Shown one piece after another: positions 44,136-57,152 of a stretch of DNA of 64,000 nt. The stretch lies in the NCBI GenBank assembly GCA_027923505.1, contig BROI01000001.1, positions 1,488,001 through 1,552,000 of the forward strand, given 5' to 3'. The DNA comes from Mayamaea pseudoterrestris. Taxonomy: Eukaryota. The notes below the pieces were generated by a model. That model saw only the letters and a list, made by a program, of their open reading frames with translations, had not been told where the DNA came from and ran no database searches. Every line of letters starts with the position of its first letter. The stretch's first letter is position 1. The position numbers and the translations under genes were made by a program.

Positions 44136-47087
44136 GACGGAATTATTCGTGTTGTTATTGCCATGGACGAGGCCAAACTGGAAGGATGGAGTTGTGGCGG
44201 AAGCATTCGATGATGGAGCAGCGCGGTCCTTTGCTTTCGACTGCCATTTGGCGTCTCTTTAAATTCTCTTTTTCGTTTTGTAGAAGATATCTTGAGTAGT
44301 CGACTGCACAGGTTTAAGAAAGCTTGATGTTGCCAAGTCGTTAGCTTGTTGGAACGAGCCATGCTAGTGGAACGTTTCGCTCGGCCATTCGAAAACGGAT
44401 CAACGAGCGGCTCCTGTAAGAGTTGCGATGCGACGATTGACGGATGCAGGGCAGACGTTGGTTCCGTCGCTCTTCCGGTATGCCGCTTCAAGCCTTGCGA
44501 CACGCTGCGGCTCGTCGACCGTGCGCGCGACGACCGCCAGTTGCAACCGTGCTTCGCAATGGATGCAACTCGAGGAGTAGTGATACAAAATTAGCGTCTT
44601 TCAGCCTTTGGATTTTCTCCATCAAGCATTTTCCCGTCAGTGAAAAAAGCAGCAATTCTGCATTGATCCTTAAGCCTTGCCGTTCCTTTCTGGCGCTGCG
44701 CCCCGACATAAGATCAACTGAGCGGGGCGGCAGAGTTCAGTTCCATTCTGTGCGAGAACGGAGCAGCGCTGGGCGTGGCGGGGGCGTCAGGCAGCAGCGT
44801 CAACAAGGCGGCGTGAGCCGGACCGATGTGGTTCGCGCAGCGCATGGCCGAAAACACTCATTCATCGCATCAACGCGCTCCCGCTCCCAACGCGCGCTTC
44901 CCCGGAGCGCCGGCGAACATCAGATATTTAATCCCGTAATGCAACCATGTGTTTTGACCTTGGTGGTCTTCTTCTACATGCATCAGCAATGCACGATTTG
45001 TCAGAATCAATCGTCGCCACTATCCGGCAGCTGCTCTCACTTTCAAACGCTCACTTTCACAAGAAGCAAGACAGCAATGTCGCGCACGACCGGTACTCGG
45101 CAGTTGGAAGAAGTCGTTTCAGTTTCGCTCGCGGACGGATGCAAACGATGCTGGAACGCACATTGACTGCCGTTTGACGATTGGCAAGCGGCGCTGGCGA
45201 AATTGTGCTGAATTTCCCAGAGGCGGGCCACGATGGACGCGTCCCTTCTGCCGCCGCTGCGCGTAAAGTGGTTGGTCAGGGATGTCACGCATCAAGAATC
45301 GCAGCTACAAGAATAGCAAGGCGCGCACTTTTTCAAAACGACGAATCGCATGCACAATGTTCGACTGGGGCACAGAGTGGGAGGAATTATTGAAAAAGCG
45401 AAGCAACGAGCCCGCGGTGGTGCGCAGGTGTTTGTCCCCCGCGTCGGCCTTCTACCGACGCGTCCACCCTGCCTGCCGACCGACATGTTTGCCTCCCGAT
45501 CAGCCATTTACCCTCCTGCACCTCGCAGCTCATGGAAGCGTGGCCGCAGGATGAAGATTACAACTTTGAAAAGCATGGTTACATTCACGGCAACTGTGGC
45601 GCTCCCCGCGTCGAACCGGGTTGGCGCAAATGCTGCGCGACCATGAGCTTCCCCTTTAAACTGGCACAACGTTCGTCGTCAAACAGCGCCAAGGACGGGC
45701 GACGTGTTGCCAGTTTGTGTTGGTTGTTTTCTTTCGTGGACTGTTTTGCGGTTGGTGGCTAAGTGGCGCTGGCCCATTCGCCAGTGGCGTGGCGCAGGAA
45801 GTCACCCAAAGCAACTACTTTGCATTCTTCACCCCCGGCAGTGGAACGTTCATCACGCATGGGCGCCGCCGGCCGCAACAGCGACTGGACGCTTGGCAAG
45901 TGAACGCGGCACCCTAGTACGCGGATGCGGCGTCCGTTTGTGTCCCGCTTGTGTTGGCAGTGTGGTAGGAGCGTTACTCTGAACCAAGCAGAGTGGACGT
46001 TTATTGAGCATCGCGGCGCCGTCGCGCGGAGTCCGACGGCTGCACAACGTTTTTCGCCGCAGGAGCAAAAGGGCATTCAGTTGGTCGGTTCGGCGAGCGC
46101 GGCGCGTTGGCCCCTACGACGGCGGCCGCAGCGTGGTCGGCATGGTGACGGGCGCCAAGCGATACATTTGAGTCCGCCGCATCAGTGCTCCAAGCTGGGG
46201 TGTTTACGTCGAAGCAGGTCGTTATCGACACTCGTTGTTGAACTTCATCTCAAAATTGCGAATGATGCAGCGACGCAGGAACAAGCGAAAGGCATGTCGG
46301 ATGAGGGCGCGGTGGTTGGAGCGGGCAAGCAAGCGTTGTCGGTGGAAGACTGTCCTCAAGGCGGGCGAAGCATTGTATATCCCAAGGTTACATTATTTCA
46401 GTTCCAAGAGCACAGTGCAGCGACCAGGTCAGGATAAATCAGGAAATCATAACTTTCGGCAACGTCAGTGAGACACAATAGAGATGTCTTGCAGAGTAAA
46501 GTTGCAAAGGCATGGGACATTTTGGATGATGTGAAGTCTACAGCAAAAAAGCGGGCGCCCAAAAATATGCCGTAACTGTCGTTTCAATAGACTGGGAGTC
46601 CATCAATCCACTCGACAACGCGAAAATATATGACAACATCTACTGTTCTGCCCAATTCACGGAATCGGCAAGAGTTTACTCTCAGGCAAGCATTGGTCGA
46701 CTGACGTCCATTCTTTGCATCAACCTCCAACCCATTTATAACAGTATTGCGTAACCAAATAGCCATATATAAATTACATTTGTTCTTTCATACGATTCCC
46801 TTACCGTCTTATGCGTTTGCGACTCGTTGTATTTTATGGTGAAGCATAGTCATGACCGACATAGCTAACATCGCATATCGCTCCGTTTCCAAGACACGTC
46901 ATTCGAAACGTTGCGTCAGCGCGAGGCGGGCATCTGTTTTCATCGTTCTACAGCCCGTCACATTTTCGACACGCCCGACAACCATGACGTTTCGATTGCC
47001 GACCGACCGACAACTTCTCCTTCCTTCGATGGCCCAAGGACATTATTCTTGAGTAGTCGTCTTGATTGATATCAATTGCATTACAGT

Positions 47088-47697
47088 ATGAAAGCTGCAG
47101 CTCCTGTCATTGCAACTCTGCTCGCCTGCATTCCTGTATCAAATGCGTTCGGCGTCAAGCCATTGTCGAAGAATGGCCAATGCTCATCGTCGAACACAAT
47201 GACCAGCATTCACTCATCAAGAACCATGGTTGATTGGGAGATTACCAAGGCCCAGGATGAGGACATTGAGATACTAGCAACCATGCTGGAGCGCAAGCGC
47301 GAGTTTGATCGTGGTAGCAGACGGAAGACTTCAACAAGGCTTTGCAGCGACAGGGATCAGCGCTCGGCGCTATGCCGGCTTTCCGCAATGTCAAACACTT
47401 TTTATTGCTGAACAAGACTCTCCGTCAGACGATTACATTGGTTACGCCACGTACGGAACAAAGCATGAAGGCTTTGGACCACCCTATCTATGGCTCGAAG
47501 ACATTTACATTGACCCGAAACGACGAAGCGGCGGAGCCGGCACGGTCGTGATGAACCAGCTCGCCGAGGAAGCTGCCAATTTGAACTGTACGCATCTAGT
47601 TTGGATTGTGGAGCAAGGGAATCATCGTGGTATCAAGTATTACGAAAAACTTGGTGCGGAGATTGATCGTCGTGACGTTGCAAAATGGCGCGCATGA
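47088..47697 (+). CDS. GNAT acetyltransferase (SAT/diamine acetyltransferase-like) with plastid-type presequence; one frameshift near 47305-47330
   Basis: Signal peptide ending VSNA-FG; LWLEDIYIDPKRRSGGAG and NHRGIKYYEKLGA GNAT motifs. Confidence 0.75.
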
Positions 47698-47849
47698 AGT
47701 GGAATTGCCTCCAACATGGCGTCTAAGAGACGAACGGTACTATTTCTAGCAGTCGCACAAAAGTTGTAGATTGCAATTTATTTACTTGTATACGTTGACT
47801 ACGGCTTTATTGCAGTAAACGTGTGTTCATATGTAGAATAGGCGATTGA

Positions 47850-50100
47850 TATGCTCATTCATCCTCGATTGCGGCATGCTTCGATTCCGCCAAACACTTT
47901 CAAGCGGCGCGTTGGTCATTTATGCCGCTCATTCAAGTTGAAGCTGCGACTTGTTATCAGTGTAAATTTCCAAGCACTGGTACCATGTGAAGTCTTGGCC
48001 AATTTCCTCCACTGTTCTGGTGTCCAGTACCAGCCAGACATACCAAAAAACGAGTTGATGGCATCTGCACTTGGTACAGACCATCCATACTTATCGAGCT
48101 GACAAGATCTTGGTGCTTCGCCTCTCACCCAAACCCAATAAACGCTTATCAGACTGGGGCTTACCAATTGAATGATCTTTGTTGGAACTGGTTCTTTCAC
48201 CTCCCGGACATGCATGGCCTTCTTTAAGACTGTGGTATCCAGTAAAGCTAACCGGCTTACCATCCTGTATAAATTCCGACAATATCAACGACATGGATGG
48301 CGAATGTTCCGAGCCAGAAGAAGGAAATTGTCGCAGCTCGGAGGTTTGAAGAGTCAGAAAGTAACTCCGCAGGAGATGTATAATTCTTTTAAAAGTTTTC
48401 GAAGCCGGCCCCGATTGTTGAATTCAACTAGTAACTACCATCATGTCCAAACCACGACCCACATATGAATTGGCAGTTTCTACATCCTGGCAAGGCGTCG
48501 TGCTATTAAGTTGAAAAGCAGAACAGGGCTTCCCAGCCATCACCTGATTTGTCTCGTGCCGTCTTGAAGTTCATCAGCAAGTCTGCCATTCCTCTCATAA
48601 GTGCGACATAATTCTCATCTGGAAGGTCAAAGTTTTTTAGTATGTACAAGTGCGCGTATGGTGTCCAGATAATTTTCTTATTCTCCTACACTGTCACTTC
48701 GTGTTGCGAAGAAGGCTTGCAAAGGTCCTGCACCGATTGAACATTGCCAGCAAATATCGAGAGCGAAGAAGTGGCGCAAACGCATCTTCGTCGCGTCGTC
48801 AAATGCATTAAAGCGAACATTACGCTCCATCTCGTTAGTCTCTTAAAAAATATGCCCGAATTGAATTAGATAATACCAGGTATCAATATAAACATATCTC
48901 TCTCCCGTAAAATTTCATTCGGCCTTTTGCGTACGTTCGAGATCGTCGACAGTTGGAAGCGTCTGTAGCATGACTCTGCGATCGCCGTCATGGGCGGTCG
49001 AGAATGTCGCCGTGCCGAGAACGACGAAGATGCATGAGATGAAAAAATTAAGTACCTGCCCATTTCGACCATAAATTCTCCGCGTAAAAAATCGCCAAAT
49101 GCTCTGGCAACCCGCGTTCCACGGATTGGATGTTGGCCGTGGCTCGTAATAGTTGGTTCATCAAATTATTGATCAATATCGTAGTAAAGTGCTTAGTCTG
49201 GTTCAGAAGCCACTCGTAGCTGTGGATCAAAGTAATACTCTTTGCGAAAATTTGCAAACTCAGCGGTTGTTGTTGAAATTTTTCGAATAAAACAGACTCA
49301 ACGATTCGTCGGCATAGTGCTTGGATTGGGTCAGACTGTTCGTGAGCTCAGTAAATTATTATCTTGAATGAAATGTATTGGGTGCCGGTATTATCATGAT
49401 GTAACAGGCCATTTCTTGTAACGCTCGGCTTTGCGCTGCGGGAACAACTGAATACCGCCATGGGCGACACGCGTTGTCTTCGGCATCCATCAGAATCTGC
49501 GTCTTCGAGTACCTTGCCGTCTCAACGTCCAATCGGGTGGCAAATTCAGGATCGGCAGCCGCAAGGCCGGGGATAGTCTCGCAGGCTGGCCCAAAGTATC
49601 AAAAATCAGAAAGAATGATTGCATTGGTGTATTCAATGAAGTCGGTTTTCAGCTCATTGTCAGACGCTCTTGCCAGCTATTCACAATCGAGCCAAGCGTT
49701 ATGTTCCGCCATCTTCGAGTACCCCGCAGTATTGCTAAGTGAGCGCCTTCTGGGTCGATTAGAAATTTCAGCATGAAGCATGCCTGGCAATCACAGTCAA
49801 AATTACGCATCGAAAGTCGTGTTCATAGAGTGTGTCAATGATTGTAAGTTGTTTGACGATCAGTTGAGTATCGTCGACGCCGACCTTCTGAAATTCATAT
49901 CGTTTCTGCTTGGACTCGGATGCTGCAACAGCAGCGCCTCATGCGGCGATTTGCTCTGGCGGAAGTCGTTCACGATCGTCCATTCTTTTGGCTCGCTGCG
50001 GTGCGGTAGTGGCTTTCGTTGCTCCTATTCTGCGAATGATGGTGCAAAGAAGCCCAAAATGATCGTGCCATCAGAAGAAAAATGCAGGCGCATTTGTGCC
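47850..50100 (-). pseudogene. fragmented protein-like reading frames of unknown family
   Basis: Protein-like pieces (e.g. ...NELKTDFIEYTNAIILSDF*YFGPACETIPG..., ...YEWLLNQTKHF..., ...GWYWTPEQWRKL...) broken by stops and frameshifts. Confidence 0.3.
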
Positions 50101-50280
50101 GGTAGAACCAGTTGCGTCGGCGAAGCTTGCGACATCCGGTAATGATATCGAAAGTGCTATCGCACCGCCTGCGCATTGCCAATGATCTCAGGTTCTGTAT
50201 TGGAAAGAGTATTGTGTCTGGCTCAATTCCTCTACTGTAAAAACGATGATACCGCATTGCTTGGTTTTGCATCAACCCTT

Positions 50281-51501
50281 TCAATAATAAGGCTTGCACG
50301 TCATGACCATGCCGAAGCCGATATTAACCGCGTGACAACTCAATACCAGCGTGCCTGGCGGCGTCACCAGGCTCTCAATTTGGTCGGCCGTGGGCGCAGG
50401 TGCAGGAGAGCTGCTGCGCCAGAGTTGGACGACGGCGGTGAAATATGGAGCCGATAGTGGCATTTCCATACCGCCTGGTGCAGAACGTCAACCAGTAAAA
50501 CTGTTGGCTTTGAAGATATGTCGTGATCGCGACAGAATGCTTGGGTCGTAGTAAATGGTGACGAGTGAAGGCTGCGGTGAAGCAGTCGATGATCACTCAG
50601 AGGAATGTGAAGTGCATCGTTCCCCGAGACTCCACAATGCGACAGTTCTGGCGAACAACGTACGTTCGTCTCCGTCACGACGCCAACGACGGGCATTTCC
50701 ATCAGATCGATCCACACTCGTTAGTCGGGTGACGGCTGCTGCACATATTCTGACGCCGTGCATCGTCCGCCACCAAGTTGCAGGGCACCCATCCTCGATT
50801 GACCAACACGTAATTGTCATTGGATAATGTGGCGCTGCCATTTCTCGGTAAGGCTGGACTTTTGTAGTTCGAAACCACGACGTCCATTTCGAAGCAGTCT
50901 GCTTGTTTGCATCGTCATTCGCTCCATTTTGTCATGTTTGCTCCTCCAACTCATTGCAGCCGGCGTATGATAGTCCTGCGGCGCGCTACTCAAACCCTTG
51001 GCGCTCGATCCGGGCGCGTGGCCCAGCCCCCGCCGGAGGGTCCTCGAGGACCAACGAGGAATTCTTTGTGGTGCAGAAATGTGCCAGTCAACGAGTAGCC
51101 GAAAGTGGACTTCGACTGTCCTGTTAGTACTTGCAGCGATAGAATCATGATTTTCGTCGTCAAATCACTAAACTGTTTGCATAATATTTAGCGATACTAT
51201 CATTTTCTTGGCTGCTACTCTTGACGATATCTTTACCGAAGTTTCGTTACCATGGCCCAACCCAAAGGTTTCCAGCAGAGCGATCCAAAGAACAACTTTC
51301 CGGCAGCATTCAAGGCAGCAGCTGGAGGAGGAGGTACTGACATATTGTATAAGAAATGTTGATCGCGGTAAAGTAGAATAGCCTGCAGTGAGCGCCAATG
51401 TTCGTCATGGTGGAAGGCCGCGTCAGAAACGCGGGAGTCCCGCTGCGATACCAAAGTGAACCGCTCGACGCTCTGACGATCAGCCAGCTGCTTTTCACCA
51501 T
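50281..51501 (-). CDS. SURF1: SURF1 cytochrome c oxidase assembly protein, multiply frameshifted
   Basis: Pieces in different frames: Arg/Ser-rich presequence-like N-terminus, LETFGLG TM, FLVGPRG, VLVNRGWVP signature, VVGVV, QFYWL. Boundaries are approximate. Confidence 0.7.
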
Positions 51502-51595
51502 GGCGCGGAATTTGGAAGATCCATCAACATCGGCGGCAAAGCGAACCGAAGGGCCAACCTTCTTTATAAATCTTGCTTCTAGTGGTGGACGAAAT

Positions 51596-52822
51596 ATGCG
51601 ACTCTCGGCGTTAGCGCGCCTTGTTGCCTGGGGCGTTCGGGCGTTTTGTTTGTCACCAGCTCGTTCATTGTCAGCAGTTCACGACATGAAGACTCAACGC
51701 TACATCTCGCAGTCCTCCTCAAGCACCCCCGTGGCAGGCACCGACTTGGACAGACTCGCGAGTCCACTGCGCTACTCCGGGCCGTCGGCAAATTTTGCTG
51801 CAGAACGTTGGTTCGCACCGGGATACGAGCGGGCGTCCAGCGCGAGTAAAAGTTAATATGAATGTTTATATGCTTGTTTTAAATGATGAGGCGTCCAATT
51901 TTTCTGCTTGCCCCTAACCATATATGTGTCGCAGATTGACCCCCTGCGGCTCAACGCAGCGCAAGCTGCTAGCCGGAACGCAAGCCGTGGCGCGACAATT
52001 GGCCGAGACATTTTACCGTCACTGGCGCCAGCGGTCCTCCGTCGGATCCACTGTCACTGCCGCCATCCGCCAGACGATTTGCAAGGTTGGGTCCAGTGTC
52101 TTGGCCGCTATGGGCAATGCTGCGCAACTTTGAAATTTTGCAATCCGGTGTTGTTGATCCAGCCACGCGCATTCCGCCTTGTCAGCAAACGAAAGACTTG
52201 GTCAAGAGGCGCAGAATGTGCGCGCGACACCCGTTCGGTTTTGCGGACCGCCATAATTTCTCGTGGCGGAAGCTGCCGTTCCGAGATTCGCGACTACGCG
52301 GCCTACACCGTGGCCTGCACCAACATGGCGGCCGTCCAGGGCGAAAGTAACGATAATATGGGCGAAGATGTCAGCGATTCGACGAGTAGCATCACAGACG
52401 TTGGACAATCGGGTGCCGCTTTCAACTCGCTCGCCGCCTACTTGTTTGGCGCCAATGCGCAAGGCCAGTCGATGGAAATGACCACGCCCGTCACCACCAC
52501 CTTTCAGGGCGAAATGCGCTTTTATCTTGCGTCCCCGAGTGTGCCGGAACCATTGGACGCCAGCAACAGTAACAATCCATACGAGACTGGTCGCGTTTGG
52601 ATCCGAAACATTCCAGCCGCTCGACTGGCCGTGCGACGCTTCACGGGGTTTGTCACGGACGGCGAAATTGCGCGACAAAAGGAAAGTCTACTGCTGGCGC
52701 TGCAGTTGGATGGCGTTGAACTGGATGTGGCGCATGGCCAAACCGTTGGTCACGTCATCTTTCAGTACATCCCGTACACGATTCCAGTCTTGGGGCGCAA
52801 TGGGGTGCTGTTCCAGTGTTGA
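51596..52822 (+). CDS. SOUL haem-binding protein, probably plastid-targeted, frameshifted; probable intron ending 51934
   Basis: EIRDY, AFNSLAAYLFGAN, MEMTTPV, MRFYL, LAVRRFTG; N-terminal VRA-F. Exon structure is uncertain. Confidence 0.75.
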
Positions 52823-53058
52823 GGGATCTTTCGCAAAATTTGGATGATGCGTGGCAAGTGGAGACGGAGGAATGAGTTTCGGTTCGGTGAAGATGTTGCA
52901 CGGGAGCTCCATTTCTGTGCTCGCGGGTTTTACTTACCGAGTTGCTGGTTAGCGGCGATTCGCCGTTGTGTTAGTTTACTTTAGATTTACATGTATGTTT
53001 TACCCCTTTGCTTACGTGTGGCATTCATTGTCGCACTGTACATGTGTGCTTCCGCAAA

Positions 53059-54511
53059 CTAACTAATGACAGCGTAGTACGGATCACCTCCATCATACGC
53101 CGGATCGCGCTTTCGAAAGCCAGTCTCAAAATCACCCCTCTCCTCCAGTCCCGCGTGAACCATCCACGCATTCATCCCATACTTGTTCTTAATCAAACCA
53201 TGATAGTGAAACCGAAAGACACCATCCTTGATCGAAAGCAGTTCCGTACAACTCCCAAATATTTGCAGCGCCGGCTGAATCTGATCCACAATGCTAGCGT
53301 CGCACTCTCCCTTGCGCAGCGTACCCACCAGCGTTTGGTACGCTTCGTACGGCGCCCGCTCCTTGGCGTGCCAGGCTTGCGAGACGCCGGAAGGCAACCA
53401 TTCGGCGTTCTTGCTGCGCGCCAGTTCCACGGCGCGTTGGCGGGCCCGAAAGGGAGTCATTTCGTCAAAGTTGGTGGGATTGTCGGTGAAGCGATTGTTG
53501 GTGTAGTTCTTTGGCTCAAAGCCATCCGGTTCGGGATAGCCGTGCCACTTTGCCACGTGAATGGGCACGGGCAAGGTGTCTGGTAAGAAGGGATCAATGG
53601 TGGTTTCAATCACTTCCAGCGTGTTGCGAAATTGAACGACTTGTTCGTTGAGCGCCAGCTCGGGATCATGTGGGGCAAACTGCGGCTCAGCGTAACGCCG
53701 TTGTGTGAATGTCCGTCATGAAGATTTCGACTTCCAATCTATGGTGCATTGTCAATGGGTTGGAGTGTCAAAGACCGGATCCATCAACTTCGATCCTTCA
53801 TCGTCAATGGGCGCTTCGTCACAAAGCTTGCTCCAAACGCCATTTCCTTTGCACGATGCGAACGTTGGGATCCATGTTATCGTTCGTTTGCGGCGCCAGC
53901 GTTACTGTGCTCGTGGCGGACCTGCCGTCGCGCATGGTCCACGCACTAAGCGTTTCCGCGTCGAAAACGCATCGGGTCACGTCGGCGTTGACATGTTGGT
54001 TTCCTCGTCGTCAATCAGTTCACCGTAAATCGTCCGACAGCAACAATACATCCTGGGCGCTGCGCTGCGCCATCTCGTTCGGCGCGTATAGCGCGATATT
54101 GTCGCGCATCAAGGCTTGCTCCTCCGTCTCCAAAATGGCGCCAGGTCGATTCTGCGTCTCGGCTTCCAAGTAGGTCAAGTACTCGGATGGAGGTTCGCGA
54201 GGGGCGTAGTACTTGGGGCGATCAATGTCTTCGTCGGCATTGTGAACGGCAGTCTTGCTGCTGCTGCTTTTAGCGGCGTCTTTTGATTTAGCGGAAGAGC
54301 CTTTGGCTTTTGCATGTAATGCAAATAATCCTGCATGATGATTCGCTCGATGTAATTCTCTCCCTGCAAGAATAAGTGATCCTTGTCGATTCAAAGCAAA
54401 CGACGAGGAAATAGACCAGCCATCAACAGTCGTAGTCGCTGCTAGGACAATCAATATGCTTAGTTGCGATGGCGACCTTTTAAAGCTATTTGCATGACTT
54501 ATAGAAGTCAT
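53059..54511 (-). CDS. signal-peptide-bearing hypothetical protein, frameshifted around 53700-54030
   Basis: N-terminal ORF (54020-54538) and C-terminal ORF (53059-53613) are collinear with a protein-like linker broken by indels. Confidence 0.55.
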
Positions 54512-55055
54512 GTCGTTTGCAAATTCTAGAGTCTTCAAGTAGCTTCATTCACCGACGTTAGCTGATTGTCCGCATTATGGATGTCACCATGGTGATGGAT
54601 GCGGTGTGCACGCATTGTAACGGACGACCGCCAGACATGTCAGCGTGAGTAACGTTGCGACCGTCTACTGCAGCCCGGTTCGTCCACGGTCCCCGCGGTC
54701 CACGATCATCCGCACACACGCTGCGATGATGACCTCACGCTTTAATGCATTCTTATCGCATTATCTCTATCAATACTTTCACGCGTGTGCGCAGGATTGA
54801 CAACATCGTGGATGATGATTCGACGATGATTCGATGATATTACTTATGATGAGACTTATTTGCGTCGCAATGAAAAAGCTTTCGAATTACATTCAAAGAG
54901 TCCACAGGCAGCCCACCAGCTGCAGGGTCTCAATTAAAAAAGTTCTTAACAGGTTTGTTGCGGAAGTAATAAGCAACGACGCAACTGCTTGGATTCACCG
55001 TGGGCGACTGCTGAGATGGTTGCAGCTTGCTGATGGCATCAAAATAAATTATCCA

Positions 55056-57152
55056 TCAGCTGACGTTGCGGTGCAGCCCGTCCTGGACTTCCCATTGCAA
55101 TGAGTCCAGTGTCTGTGCAGGTGATTCGTCAACAAAGTCAACCGTCTTGTCATCGGAATCTACGCGATGAATGGCGGCTGACTGGTCATCCTGAGTGGCC
55201 TGGTCGCCAACTGCAGCATCTCCGCCCGGTTGTTTTGCGACGGCGCCTTCCTGCGCTTCCACACCAATATTCGTTTGCTGCGATTCGTTTCGCGTCGACT
55301 CGGTTTCAACAGGCGCTTCCAATCCATCTAGTGATAAACTAGCAGTAGCACTGCTTTCTACAACTCCACCATCATCGCTCGCCGCCACTGTGCTACTACT
55401 CAACCCCGCCACGATCCAACCGTTCAAATACTCGGGACAAAAGCAGCTCATGAGCGGCGGCAGCACCGACTGCCCCAAAATTTCCGTCAAGATGGACGAC
55501 AAAATGTTGCTCCCAAAGTCGTTGCGGGCGAGCAAGGCGCGCACCATGCGATGGGCCAGGACGCGGTTGTAGTCAATCTCGCACTCGCTCAAGAGTCCGG
55601 TGCGAAACAAGCGCTCCTCGAGTAGCTTGTCTTGATCCATTTTGGTGTGGGCGTCACTACTTGCTGCATTATTACCATCGGTACTGTTGTCATGTTCATT
55701 ACTAGGCCATCCACACTCCTTGCCTTGGGCATCGGCAAAGAGCAAGGACGGAACATCCACACCAAACGTGACCGCCTTGTGCAATTTCCCAGATAGCAAA
55801 AACTCCTTGGCCATTTGCATCTCCGTGGGAGCAACATCTGGCAATAAGAGAGTGGCAGTGGCGTGATGCGACTTGTGTTTGGTTGTTACACTGCGCCGCA
55901 GCGTCCGATAGACTTGAAACGTGTGCGTCAAAACCTTGGTCACTTTGAGCAGCAGCAGCTCCAAGATGTTGACGTGTTCGACGCGCGTCGCCAAATTGCC
56001 AAAAACAATCGTCATGGACTGATACAGTTGCTCCATGATAGCAACGTTGCGATATGGATTGAGCTGGTATACCATGCGGCGGGCGTGTGTGGTAGATGAC
56101 GGAGCATCAACGCTTTGCTGCTGCTGCTGCTGCATGCCACCGCTCACATTGTCAATACTAGTTTCACGTTCATTCACCTTTTTGACCAACAGCTTTCCCG
56201 TCTCAACATCATACGGACTAACGCAGCCAACGTCCAGCTTGCAGCACCACGTGGCGCAAAAGTCGCGCAGCACGTAATCCATGAGCATTCCCAGTTGTCG
56301 CGAGACGGCCAGTGGCAGCATGGGATACAACGATTGCAGCAACGACAGCGGCTTGGTTCCGTCGTAACTGTAACTAACATGACTAAAAAAGGAGTCGTTG
56401 CTCCGTAACACTTGGCCGCGCAAGCAATGGTTGCGGACACTGTCGTAGCCAGCCAGTCGCATGAGGCTCTCGTAGGTCTGCTCGTGGTTCATGGCGATTT
56501 GCGAATCTTTAAACGTCGATCGCAGTAGAGAGGATGACTTGGACATGCTACTTTTCGTCATGGACGCTCGACTCGTCATGCCGCCTCCTCCCTGATCATT
56601 GCGACGATTCATTTCCATGTCACGCTCCTTCCACAGCGTCAACGCGTCGTACACGTGCGCCGCAAAGCCAAGGCCGAGTCCAACGCCGAGAGTTACGCCA
56701 AGCGTCTGCCGAATAAGTGACAATACGGAAAAGATGATTGACATGATCATGTTTGGTGGCTCATGCATAATGCTTGTTGTTGTTGACTCGCTTGGACTTG
56801 CTCGTCTGCCGCTCCAGACTGCCGTAATGATGGCTGCAACGAGTACCATCAGCGAGATTGGCACCAATGCTCCATGCGTGATTACGAGCGAATCCATTGG
56901 CGCCTGCAAATTCGCCGACTGCAGCAGCGGACGAATCGACTCGTACCAGTTTGGCCAGTTGATATTGTCTTGGTCCTGCTGCTGCTGCTGCGGCTGCACT
57001 GGAGCTTGTTCCTCGTTATTATCATGAATTACTTCTAAATCATCCTGCAGCAACTCTACGGCTTCATTGAAGTTTGGATTATTCTTTTCTTCATTGTCAG
57101 TCTCCATATTGCTAGCGTCCGCGTCTACTGGCGCCTCCTCCTTCGCCGCCAT
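55056..57152 (-). pseudogene. 3'-truncated duplicate of the PXA-PX sorting nexin (TM + PXA only)
   Basis: Aligns to copy 1 up to ...SPAQTLD, then runs into unrelated SLQWEVQDGLHRNVS*; PX and Nexin_C are absent. Confidence 0.75.

Noticed and set aside
44200..46500. Possible degraded genes (e.g. LKAGEALYIP, cupin/JmjC-like)
   Set aside because: Too fragmented to assemble or assign; lies in the indel-rich block.
54808..54840. GATGATTC short tandem repeats near the duplication breakpoint
   Set aside because: Short low-complexity sequence about 270 bp from the junction; no demonstrable link.
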